From an uncultured delta proteobacterium (GTDB taxonomy: Bacteria; Desulfobacterota; BSN033; UBA1163): a DNA stretch of 64,000 nucleotides. The stretch covers positions 416,001-480,000 of the forward strand of contig CAVPSJ010000004.1 in NCBI GenBank assembly GCA_963708295.1. Reading direction: 5' to 3'. Of this stretch, positions 53,214-62,377 are shown in pieces. The notes under the pieces are model-generated. The model saw only the letters and a list, made by a program, of their open reading frames with translations. It did no database searches and was not told where the DNA came from. Every line of letters starts with the position of its first letter. The stretch's first letter is position 1. The translations under genes and the position numbers were made by a program.

Positions 53214-53287
53214 AAATCTCCCCTCGCCCCTCTTTTCCAAAGAGGGGTGAGTCCTCCCTTTGGCAAAGGGAGGTTAGGAGGGATTTT
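53214..53287. repeat. Double-hairpin REP-like element
   Basis: aaatctcccctcgcccctcttttccaaagagggg..cctccctttggcaaagggagg..agggatttt. Confidence 0.7.
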
Positions 53288-53357
53288 ACAATGGAATTTC
53301 AAACAGCTAAGTTGCTATCTTTATTACATTCCGCAATCCGCGCTCCGAATTCCGCAT

Positions 53358-55684
53358 TCAGATAGGCCACGACGCGCGAATCTTCGTCCCTTTCCCCTTG
53401 GTCGATTCGATAGCAAAGGAACCCCCCGAAAGTTCCGTCCGCTCCTTCATGCTCTCAAGCCCCAGTCCCTGAGTATGGCCTCCCGGAACCTGGGCCTTCG
53501 AAAGGTCAAACCCTTGACCATTATCCTGGATAACCAGTTCCATCGCCTGATCCGTTTTCCGCAGGGAGAGTAATGCCATTTTGGCCATGCTATGTTTGGC
53601 GATATTGTTCAAACCTTCCTGCAGAACCCTGAAGATTACCGTCCTCAAGGAGCCAGGCACTTCATGCTCTTCGATCTCGATACTCTGGCTTATACGGATT
53701 TTTGAATAAGTTGACTCAAACTGACGGCAGAACCACTTGATGGTTGCCAAGATCCCCAGATCGTCGAGCATGGAAGGCCTTAAATTCATCTGGATTCTTC
53801 GGGCTTCCTCAATCGCTCCTTGAACGATTGGGATAACGCTTCTCAAGGCAGCCGTTGTCTCAGGACTCTTGGCAGCAACCTCCGTGAGTACATTTTCCAC
53901 TTTGAATTTTATGGCAGACAAGGATGATCCGATGCTGTCATGGATTTCGCCGGCAATCGTTTTTCTTTCTTTCTCTTGAGCGTTGAGGAGCTCCGTGGAC
54001 AGATGCCGAAGGTCACTTTCCGACTTCTTCAACTCACTCTCGATCCTCGCACACTCATCAATTTCAACCTTTAGTTTTTCATTTGCAGCCTCCAGATCCT
54101 CGGTTCGTTCCTGAACCTGGTGCTCCAGCGTCCCGGTCAGTTGTTGAAGTTCCAACGTCCTCTGGCGCAGCGCTTCCTCCGCCTGCTTACGCTCGGTGAT
54201 GTCGCGGCCATAGACGTTGACGTAGCGTTCCGCAGAGAATGGTGTCACCGAGACGGAATAACACCTTCCCCCCAGCTCAATGTCCTGAGTTGCCTCCTCC
54301 GTCCCCGTCATCGCCTGTTCTACGAGCGGCAGGAGCGAACCCTGAAGTGACTTGCCGACCTCGCACCCCCACCCAAGTATCTCCGCAGACGCCGGATTGC
54401 AGTAGAGAACCCTCCCATCTGTTGATGCCCGCAGCACGGGGCTGGGGTTCTCATCCGGAAACCGCGCCAGCCAGACCGCCCGCTCAAGGGCCTCGCGCAA
54501 CCTGGCCTGTGCACGTCGCTTCTCGGTGACGTCATGAAAAACGAGTACGACGCCCGATGACGTTACCGGCGGCAGTCCAGGATCGGCGCAGCGCTGTCCT
54601 CGATGGGCACTTCCCGGCCGTCCTTGGTGAGCAGCGCAGTGTCGTTGGCCAGACCGACCACACGTTTCTCGGTAAGAACTCGCGCCGCCAGGTCTTCAGC
54701 CGGCGCATGGGTCTTCTCGTTGATGATCCTGAAGACACTCTGGATCGGTTGACCCAGGACCTCTTCAGATTGCCAGCCAGTCAACGTTATGGCGACGTGA
54801 TTGAGAAACGTAATCCGGCCTTCTGTGTCGCTGGCGATCACCGCGTCGCCGATACTGCTAAGCGTGACCCGCAGCCACTCGCGCTGTTTTTGCAGCTCTG
54901 TTTCTGCCCTCTTGCGTTCAACAATCTCCCTCTCCAAGTCTGCTTTGGACGCAGTAACTTGTTTCAAGCTTGCGGTCATCTGGTTGAAGGCACGCGACAA
55001 ATCGCCGATCTCGTCATTCTCCCTTTCTTCAGTCTTGAAATCCAGGTTACCAGAGCCGATGACAGCCGCCCCCGCATGGAGGGTCACTATCGATTTCAGG
55101 ATGCGGCGGTAAGTCAGCATATAGCTGACCAAAAGAAATGCGCCGAACAATCCTACCATCAGATAAATGAGCATGCTTCTTGTATTTGTTAGCTGGTCCA
55201 TCTGTTGATGTAATAGCTGTGATAAACGTGAAGCATCCGATACCAGTCCCTGGCTTTGAACCGCCATCCGGCTCCATGAGACCTGAAGAAATGCCATGTC
55301 AAGAGCTGTGGTCCGTTTCTGAGACGGGCCTCCAACAGCAGATGCCACACTTTCAAATACCTGTTTCAATCGCTGTTCATTTGCCTGTATATTGCGGATA
55401 AGCGCCTGCTGCTCCGGCTTTTCTGCTCGCAGCCTGGTGACTTCGCTGGAAAAAGAGGTAAACCGTGATTGCCATCGGTTGAGTTGCTGGCTTTCGCGGT
55501 AAATCAGGTAATCATTGGACAAGTAGCTTAGCTCGCTTGCCCCCTGGGCGATACTGCTGGCAATCTTTTCCTGTTCGTTAGCCTTCTCTACCTGTCGATG
55601 CGTGATGATCGCCGATGCCGCAATAACCGCCAGGATAGCGCCGAACAGGAGCATGGTTATGATGAATTGCGTTCTAATTTTCAT
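53358..55684 (-). CDS. Membrane sensor histidine kinase (HAMP, 2 PAS, HisKA_3-type); frameshifts near 54550-54580
   Basis: Two TMs, DEIGDLSRAFNQM, SIGDAVIASD, ERKTIAGEIHDSIG, QEGLNNIAKHS, DNGQGF, GLGLESM. Confidence 0.9.
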
Positions 55685-55693
55685 GGTTCTCCC

Positions 55694-56839
55694 TCAGTAA
55701 ATGATTTTCACCGCTTCTGGCTTTACCGCTCTTAGTCCTTCAACATAAATGCAATTCATGAAATCGGGGATCTTCTTTTGACTCGTAAGTTTATTTTTTA
55801 TCATCCACCGTGCTTCGTCTTCCATCGCTGTGATAAGTGACTGGTCAAGGGAAAGCGAAAACTGGTTGTCCCCCCAAACCTTCGAGATGTAGGCGTCGTC
55901 ATACCCGAGCCGCTTTTTCACAACCCCTTTGGTCTCCTCCGGGTGGAGAGATGCGTACTCTTCTGCCACCGAAATCGAGCGCAGAAACCGGTTAATTGTT
56001 TTCCGGTGCGTTCCTGTCCAGTCAGCACGTCCGATGATATTCCAATAAGTGAGTTGGCTGCTCTGAATTGGCCACACGATGATACCACCACCGTTCCGAT
56101 CCGTTATCCTGTCCAAGTACGGGTGCCAAGTGACGACAGCGTCGACATTTCCGCCAGCAAGGGCATCTGCCGAATAATCAGGCCGGACGTTCAGGATGGT
56201 CACGTCCGCGGGACCCAGACCATGGACGGTAAGGTACCTGCCGAGATAGAACGCGGCGATTGTCCCCAGCGGGACCCCGATCCTCCGTTCCTTTAGGTCG
56301 ATGACTTTTCCAATCTTCCGGTCCTTGCGGGCAATGAGGAACATGTTCTCGAACTTGTCGATGCTCCCAAATGCCCGGATCTCACGTTGCTGCAAGAGAT
56401 GGTTGACCATGACGAATTCGGAGGCGACGGCAATGTCGATTTCATTCCTCATCAGCCCGGGCACGGCGGCCCCACCGGAATCGTACTCCTTTATTGTCAC
56501 ATTGAGGCCGTTTCTCTCAAAATAACCCTTATCCCCGGCGATGTAGATGAGGGCGTTCGTCTCGAGCGCAGGCGCACCGATGGTGACTGACTCCACTTTC
56601 CCTGAATAGTCGCTCTTGGAACAAGACCAGAAACTAAAGGCACCCAATAGCAGCAATGTCAGAATGCAGAATATACCCCATCCCCTTCCTGACCTCCCCC
56701 TTGAAGGGGGAGGAACATAACAATCTCCCTCCCCCTCAGGGGGAGGGGCAGGGTGGGGGTGGGGAACCATCTTCTTCGCACTCTCTTTCCAGCTGCTTTT
56801 TGTGGCCATTCCGAATTCCGCACTCCGCATTTGGCTCAT
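55694..56839 (-). CDS. SsuA/NMT1-like substrate-binding lipoprotein with an in-frame repeat insertion in its signal region
   Basis: Lipobox FWSC; DLKERRIGV, DAVVTWHP, LSLDQSLITAMEDEARW, KPEAVKII. Confidence 0.85.
   Translation of the reverse strand: MSQMRSAEFGMATKSSWKESAKKMVPHPHPAPPPEGEGDCYVPPPSRGRSGRGWGIFCILTLLLLGAFSFWSCSKSDYSGKVESVTIGAPALETNALIYIAGDKGYFERNGLNVTIKEYDSGGAAVPGLMRNEIDIAVASEFVMVNHLLQQREIRAFGSIDKFENMFLIARKDRKIGKVIDLKERRIGVPLGTIAAFYLGRYLTVHGLGPADVTILNVRPDYSADALAGGNVDAVVTWHPYLDRITDRNGGGIIVWPIQSSQLTYWNIIGRADWTGTHRKTINRFLRSISVAEEYASLHPEETKGVVKKRLGYDDAYISKVWGDNQFSLSLDQSLITAMEDEARWMIKNKLTSQKKIPDFMNCIYVEGLRAVKPEAVKIIY
56675..56764. repeat. 90-bp REP-like double hairpin inside a CDS
   Basis: CCTCCCCCttgaaGGGGGAGG and CCCTCCCCCtcaGGGGGAGGG within outer CCCCATCCCC/GGGGGTGGGG arms. 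Confidence 0.8.
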
Positions 56840-57852
56840 CGTATAATATTTACCGCTTCAGGCTTTACAGCCTTGAGACCGTCAATGTAGATGTAATTCA
56901 GGAAATCGGGAACCTGCTTTTCCCTGGTCAAGCTATTTTTTATCATCCACCGCGCCTCATCTTCCATAGCGAGGATGAGCGACTGATCGAGCGAAAGAGA
57001 GAACTGGTAGCGTTGCCAGATAATCTCCAGATAGGCATCCTCGAAATTCATCCGTTTCCTGACGATGGCTTTTGCTTCACTGTGGTGACTGGTGATATAG
57101 CTTTCTGCCTGGACCAACGATTTAATAAGCCGTTTTATCTTGTTAGGATGCTTATTTATCCAGCCGGAGGTACTGACTAGATTCCAATAGGCATACTGGC
57201 CGCCTTGCAACGGCATCGTGATCACTTCTTTACCCATGCGTTGATTTATTTGGGCTACCCAAGGTTCCCATGTGGCGACAGCCTCAACCTCCCTACCGGC
57301 AATCGCTTTTTCCGAGTCTGGAGCCCTGGTGTCGATGAGGGTTACTTGCTGAATGTTTATGCCGTTAAGGTCAAGCGTTCTTCCCAGGTAGAATTCCGAA
57401 ATCGTTTTGAGAGTAACACCCACCTTCTTCCCCTTGAGATCCTGAATCGTCTTTATTCCGCTGTCGGTACGCCAGATAATGTAAGTGTTCTCATACTTGG
57501 CTATAGTCCCAAAACTGGTAATATCTTTTTTATTGAATACCTGTCTTACGATGGGAAACTCAGCAGCTAATGCGATCTCTGCTTCACCATTCAACATCCC
57601 CGCGGCCGCAGAGGCCCCGGAATCATAGTCTTCTTTAAGAGTAACCTGAAGGCCGTTGGCGGCGAATAATTTCTGAGCTTCCGCAACGTAGAACAGCGCA
57701 TTCAATTCAGTCGGTACCATTGCTACAGTCAAGGTTTCCAGCTTCCCGGAATCGCTGCCCGAGGAGCAGGCCGACAGACCAAATCCACAGGAAACCACGG
57801 CTAGGAAAGCCAGTATTATGACCGGAACCCTCTTCAATATTTTTTCCTTCAT
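56836..57852 (-). CDS. SsuA/NMT1-like substrate-binding lipoprotein (paralog)
   Basis: Lipobox LSAC; DLKGKKVGV, TWEPW, LSLDQSLILAMEDEARW, KPEAVNIIR. Confidence 0.88.
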   Translation of the reverse strand: MKEKILKRVPVIILAFLAVVSCGFGLSACSSGSDSGKLETLTVAMVPTELNALFYVAEAQKLFAANGLQVTLKEDYDSGASAAAGMLNGEAEIALAAEFPIVRQVFNKKDITSFGTIAKYENTYIIWRTDSGIKTIQDLKGKKVGVTLKTISEFYLGRTLDLNGINIQQVTLIDTRAPDSEKAIAGREVEAVATWEPWVAQINQRMGKEVITMPLQGGQYAYWNLVSTSGWINKHPNKIKRLIKSLVQAESYITSHHSEAKAIVRKRMNFEDAYLEIIWQRYQFSLSLDQSLILAMEDEARWMIKNSLTREKQVPDFLNYIYIDGLKAVKPEAVNIIR

Positions 57853-57893
57853 CGAATAATACTCACCGCTTCGGGCTTCCTGTGCTTCATCAT
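57849..57893 (-). pseudogene. C-terminal stub of a third SBP paralog
   Basis: MMKHRKPEAVSIIR* with ATGA overlap onto the next gene; matches both SBP C-termini. Confidence 0.65.
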
Positions 57894-58197
57894 ATATGGC
57901 TATGCATGCGGCCTCTCTTCAAAAAACACCCGGGAGCGGAATGACTCACCATTCCGTATTCTTTACCGCTCAGCTTTTGATCCGCTTGGCCCCGGGTTGG
58001 AATCGCATGGAGTAATGTTAAAAGATACATAAAGTTAGGAGTAATATCAATATCAACATCAAATTTCTTCATGCTGGCAGCTCAAGGAGAGTTTAAGTGT
58101 TACGAAAGAAAAGAGGCAGTGAAGAGCATGGAATAGTTCACTTCGAAAAACCATAGGCGGATGAAATTTTTGTATTCTGCGGAGAGACCTGGGTTTT

Positions 58198-59112
58198 TTA
58201 CGATTTCGGGACTTTTCTAAATCTGAACCAATTTTTGATGCCGGGCATGAGACGACGAATATCGTCAAGTTTCTCCCTTGCAGCCTTTTCACCTTCATCA
58301 ACGAGATTCATGGCCTGGGAGAAACTTGACCAATGCACATCCCCGACTTCCGGGTAGATCACCACATCAGACTGGGCCAACTCATATTGTCTCAGCCTTT
58401 CGCCCATGATCTCATTGACTCTGAGATAGACATCCACCACGTCCGCAGCTCTTCCGAACCGACGCCCCGGTCTACGACCACTGCAATGACAATGTCCGCC
58501 CCTTCCTGTCTCGCTACGGGACTGGGAACACGGCAGATGATGCCCCCGTCCGATAAGAGTCTTTCGCCCTCCTTCAGCGGCGCGATGGCTCCTGGAACGG
58601 CGCAACTCGCCATCACCGCCTGCCGCAGAGAGCCCTTGGAAAAGATGATCTGCTCACCGCTCACCAGGTCCGTGGCCACCGCGCGGAAGGGAATTCGAGT
58701 CTCTTCAATCCGAATGTCCGGAATAAAATAATCGATGGTGGCCTGGAAATCCTCATTTGAAAGTATGCCCGGTTTGAACATGGCTTGGATCAGATAAAAG
58801 TGATTTCTTAAAATAGGTCTGAATTCTCTGGGTCAGACCTACCTCTCCCTTTGCATGAGCCGCTTCAAAGGCCTTCATCGCCGAAGATCGAAATTCAGTA
58901 CTGTTGAGATACTCCTCCACCTTCTTCTGCAACTCATCTGCGTTGAGGCCGCTGGCATAGGCTCCGCCCACTAACGCCCCGATGCTCGTTCCGGCAATGA
59001 GATGAATGGGAATCTCCTCCTTCTCAAGCACCCTTAACACGCCTATATGGGCGAGCCCTCTGGCACCCCCGCCCCCAAGGGCAAGCCCGATGCGTTTCCT
59101 TTTCCAAAACAT
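58198..59112 (-). CDS. Patatin-like phospholipase, two apparent frameshifts
   Basis: [27 protein letters not shown]. Confidence 0.88.
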
Positions 59113-59311
59113 AATCGCAGCCTTCTCCTAAAGCCTACTGGCGCTATTTTACCTTTTATGCCCCTGGAACATCAAGACCATATTCTTGGCAACCCCGTCA
59201 CTTGTCTCCCTCTCCCTGAGGGGGAGGGTGTGATAGGGGAGGGTTGAAATCTAAAATACGGTGATGCTATTCTAATGAATAGGTGATAAAGACTTTCTAA
59301 GGAGGCCTCAA

Positions 59312-59656
59312 ATGGAAACGAAGAATTTTCCCCGGGAGGTTAAGAAATTTGAAATCGAGGCCTATGAGAGGCCAACAAACTTAAGGGAATTAAGGAAAAC
59401 TTACGTTCCTTTTTCCGGGTCGCCGCTCAGGCATCCCCGTGATCCCAAGAAGGTGATTTTAGTACCAGACCCTTACGGCAGCAGTCCTTTTTATTACGAG
59501 TTCAAGAGGGATGACGTCACCTTCGCGGAGAAGCTTCCAAGTATCGTGAACCTCGAAGGCGAGACGACACCCATGGTCAGACTCTGGGTGAAAAAAATGA
59601 GCCGGGGAATCGTTTGCACCCCCTTTTTGGTGGAAGAAACCAAAAACTTTGAATAA
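59312..59656 (+). CDS. Conserved hypothetical protein
   Basis: AGGAGG SD; VPFSGSPLRHP..VILVPDP..YYEF..VRLWVKK. Confidence 0.65.
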   Translation: METKNFPREVKKFEIEAYERPTNLRELRKTYVPFSGSPLRHPRDPKKVILVPDPYGSSPFYYEFKRDDVTFAEKLPSIVNLEGETTPMVRLWVKKMSRGIVCTPFLVEETKNFE

Positions 59657-59834
59657 GGGTAACCTCCCCTTTCGACGGAAAATGTGATCTCATGAGAGAT
59701 CATCACGTCAACCTGCTCCAGCTACGAAACCCCGTTGTGAGTTCAAGCGGGTTTGCAAATGATGATCATTCCGATTCTCTCTCCATGGGGAGGAGGAGAA
59801 TAGCGGAGGGTAACCATGGAAAGGAGGCCTATTT

Positions 59835-60923
59835 ATGGCAGATGCGACAGTGGAACTGCTTCGAGAACTGACTGAGGCGCCCGGCGTTTCGGGCTATGAG
59901 CAAGAGGTCCGTGAGGTCATTCGGAGGCATCTTCAAGAGATTACTACCATAGAGCAAGACCGGCTTGGCAGCATCGTTTGTCGAAAGGACGGTAAAGCAA
60001 AAGAACCGCGGATCATGCTCGCAGGGCACATGGATGAGATCGGATTCATCGTAAAACTTGTGACGGACGAGGGTTTCATCAAATTCAGCCCCCTCGGGGG
60101 ATGGTGGGGGCATGTCATGCTGGCTCAGCGCGTGGTGATCAAAACCCGAAAGGGCGATGTGATTGGCCTGATCGGTTCGAAACCTCCCCACATCCTGTCG
60201 GACGAAGAGCGGAAAAAACTCCAAGAACCGAAGGATATGTATATCGATGTCGGTGCCATTTCATCGGCCGAGGTTAAGGAACTTGGTATCCGTCCAGGGG
60301 ACCCCATCATCCCCGTCAGTCCTTTCACTGTCCTGGGGACTGGCAGGGCTTATCTGGCAAAGGCATTCGACGATCGGGCCGGATGTGCCCTCTTCATCGA
60401 GGTGATCAAGAACCTCTGCCGGGAGAAACATCCAAACACGGTATATGGTGTCGGTACTGTCCAGGAGGAAGTGGGCCTTCGAGGGGCGCGAACAAGCTCC
60501 TGGGTGGTCGAACCGGATGTCGGGCTCACGATGGAGGTCGGCGTTGCAGGGGATGTTCCGGACGTCAAGAAAGACGACGCCCAGGGAAAACTGGGAAAAG
60601 GACCCGTCATCGTGATCCGGGATGGAAGCATGGTTCCCAACCTAAGGCTTCGGGATCTCTTCGTAAACACGGCAGAGAAGTTGAAGATCCCTTATCAATT
60701 CGATATGCTGGAACGGGGCGGAACGGATTCCGGAGCCATTCATCTTCACCGCCGTGGAGTGCCCAACCTTGTCATTGCCGTCCCTACCCGGCACATTCAC
60801 AGTCATGCGGGTATCCTCTACCGAGAAGACTTTGACCACGCCGTGAGACTTGTCACCGCCGTGATCAAAAAGCTTGACGCACCCACGGTCGCCGAGTTTG
60901 ACGGAATGAGAAAAAGGGATTGA
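59835..60923 (+). CDS. M42 family metallopeptidase
   Basis: GVSGYE, AGHMDEIG, KAFDDRAG, VQEEVGLRGA, GGTD, RHIHS. Confidence 0.93.
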   Translation: MADATVELLRELTEAPGVSGYEQEVREVIRRHLQEITTIEQDRLGSIVCRKDGKAKEPRIMLAGHMDEIGFIVKLVTDEGFIKFSPLGGWWGHVMLAQRVVIKTRKGDVIGLIGSKPPHILSDEERKKLQEPKDMYIDVGAISSAEVKELGIRPGDPIIPVSPFTVLGTGRAYLAKAFDDRAGCALFIEVIKNLCREKHPNTVYGVGTVQEEVGLRGARTSSWVVEPDVGLTMEVGVAGDVPDVKKDDAQGKLGKGPVIVIRDGSMVPNLRLRDLFVNTAEKLKIPYQFDMLERGGTDSGAIHLHRRGVPNLVIAVPTRHIHSHAGILYREDFDHAVRLVTAVIKKLDAPTVAEFDGMRKRD

Positions 60924-61041
60924 ATAATTTTCCAAATCATACGTCTAAAAATATATCGGAAATGACCTGGTGAGTTTGAGTTGTAGAAGAAAGAGAAAAA
61001 ATGTGGCAAAATAAGGTGAGGAGCTAAGGAGGTGGATTAAG

Positions 61042-61356
61042 ATGAAAAAACTTATCATGATCAGCTTGATCCTGTTAACTCTTTTTCTTTCAAGCGGACC
61101 GGCCTTAGCCTGGCGTGGATACTCTCGTGGCCATTTCGGGGTTTTTGTTGCTCCACCCCCGTTTTGGGTAGGGCCTCCTGCTGTTTATTACCGGGGGTAC
61201 TATCCGCCACCCGGCTACTATGGGCCCGGTTACGATGGCAGGTTATTATTATGGTCCGTCTCGAGTCTGGATCCCCGGCCACTGGGAAGATCAGGTGGAC
61301 TCCGTATGGGTTGGCAAAGGGCCTGGACTCCAGGCTACTGGGAATATCGACGATAA
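61042..61356 (+). CDS. Secreted Tyr/Pro/Gly/Trp-rich small protein (YXWGXW-like), likely internal frameshifts
   Basis: Signal peptide ALA; YYPPPGYYGP; an alternative frame reads RVWIPGHWED; ends WTPGYWEYRR. Confidence 0.65.
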   Translation: MKKLIMISLILLTLFLSSGPALAWRGYSRGHFGVFVAPPPFWVGPPAVYYRGYYPPPGYYGPGYDGRLLLWSVSSLDPRPLGRSGGLRMGWQRAWTPGYWEYRR

Positions 61357-61396
61357 ATGAAAGGGATTGAAGATCAATCTTCAATCCCTTTCATTT
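61355..61396. terminator. Long bidirectional terminator hairpin
   Basis: AAATGAAAGGGATTGAAGAT-ca-ATCTTCAATCCCTTTCATTT between convergent genes. Confidence 0.7.
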
Positions 61397-61473
61397 TCTG
61401 ACGTTGTGTTGTTACGTTGCTTTTAGAGCATCCTTTAGACCGTTCTGAAAGACAAGGTGTGAAGGTCCGGAAC

Positions 61474-61918
61474 TTAGTCCAATTTCTTTACGTATTTCGA
61501 AATCATTTCTGTGAGCTTCTTCTTCTGCACATCGTTCAGATTGCTTTGAAAACCCATTAGCAGATCAAAACTCTTATTAAAATGTTCTGCTTCATTCCGA
61601 AGGATTCCCTGGAGAAGAGCGGTCATCTTTTGGATGTCCGGATTTTCTTTCGTCCGCCTCCTCCTTGATCTTCGTCCAAGGCTTCCTTGTTTTCTTTTCC
61701 GACCCTCCTGGAAGTTCTTCCGGATTTCGGCCTTTAGACCTTCGAGCTTCGTCTTTTGATCCTCATTCAGATCGAGTTTCTTTGCGGTCTTATCGACTTT
61801 CTTGACGAATATCTTTTCAGCCTCTGACATCGTATCGATTCGGGGTTTACACGCCAAAATGCCCCCGGCCAAAAAAACAGCCAACACTCAAATAAACGAA
61901 AGACCGGTTTGATTTCAT
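61474..61918 (-). CDS. Spy/CpxP-like helical lipoprotein, apparent frameshifts
   Basis: ATG 61918 with AGGAG SD; lipobox ILAC; KLDLNEDQKTKL and LNDVQKKKL (LTxxQ-like). Confidence 0.6.
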
Positions 61919-62002
61919 GTTTTTTCTCCTTTCATTTCAAAAGAATTCACTCACTGACTTACTTGAGCCTTTAGTTAAATTTAATAACGAGACTTATGGA
62001 AA

Positions 62003-62115
62003 GTCAACCCTTCGACTCCCGGCCTGAAGACCTGGGCTTGCTCAGGGTTACCCTGAGCGGCGATTCTTTACCCCTTCCTAAAAGGCGAGGCTTGGCGCCG
62101 CCGAATGGGTCAACC
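62003..62115. mobile_element. Composite hairpin element flanked by the 7-bp direct repeat GTCAACC
   Basis: GTCAACC at 62003-09 and 62109-15; inner GCTCAGGGttaCCCTGAGC; similar to 32465-32608. Confidence 0.55.
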
Positions 62116-62377
62116 TGCGCCATCCAGCGCACCAACTCAATCCCTTTCTGTCAATCCTCTCAAGATACGATTACCTATTGTCGCGCCTCGAGAATGACTT
62201 TAGGAGATCCCCCCCCCATCGAGGTTGTGCCTTAATAAAGATAACTAGCAGAAATTCTTAAGAACGGAACAGACAGGCGGGTGAGGACAAGCCTTACAAT
62301 AAGGTAATAATTTTCTTCTATTGAATCAGAGCAAAAAATGTGGGATAAAGGAAATAGCCCTTTTGGAGGCGGCGGTG

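Noticed and set aside
59685-59770. Palindromic stretches upstream of the M42 peptidase
   Set aside because: They are short, imperfect and single-copy, with no recognisable motif.
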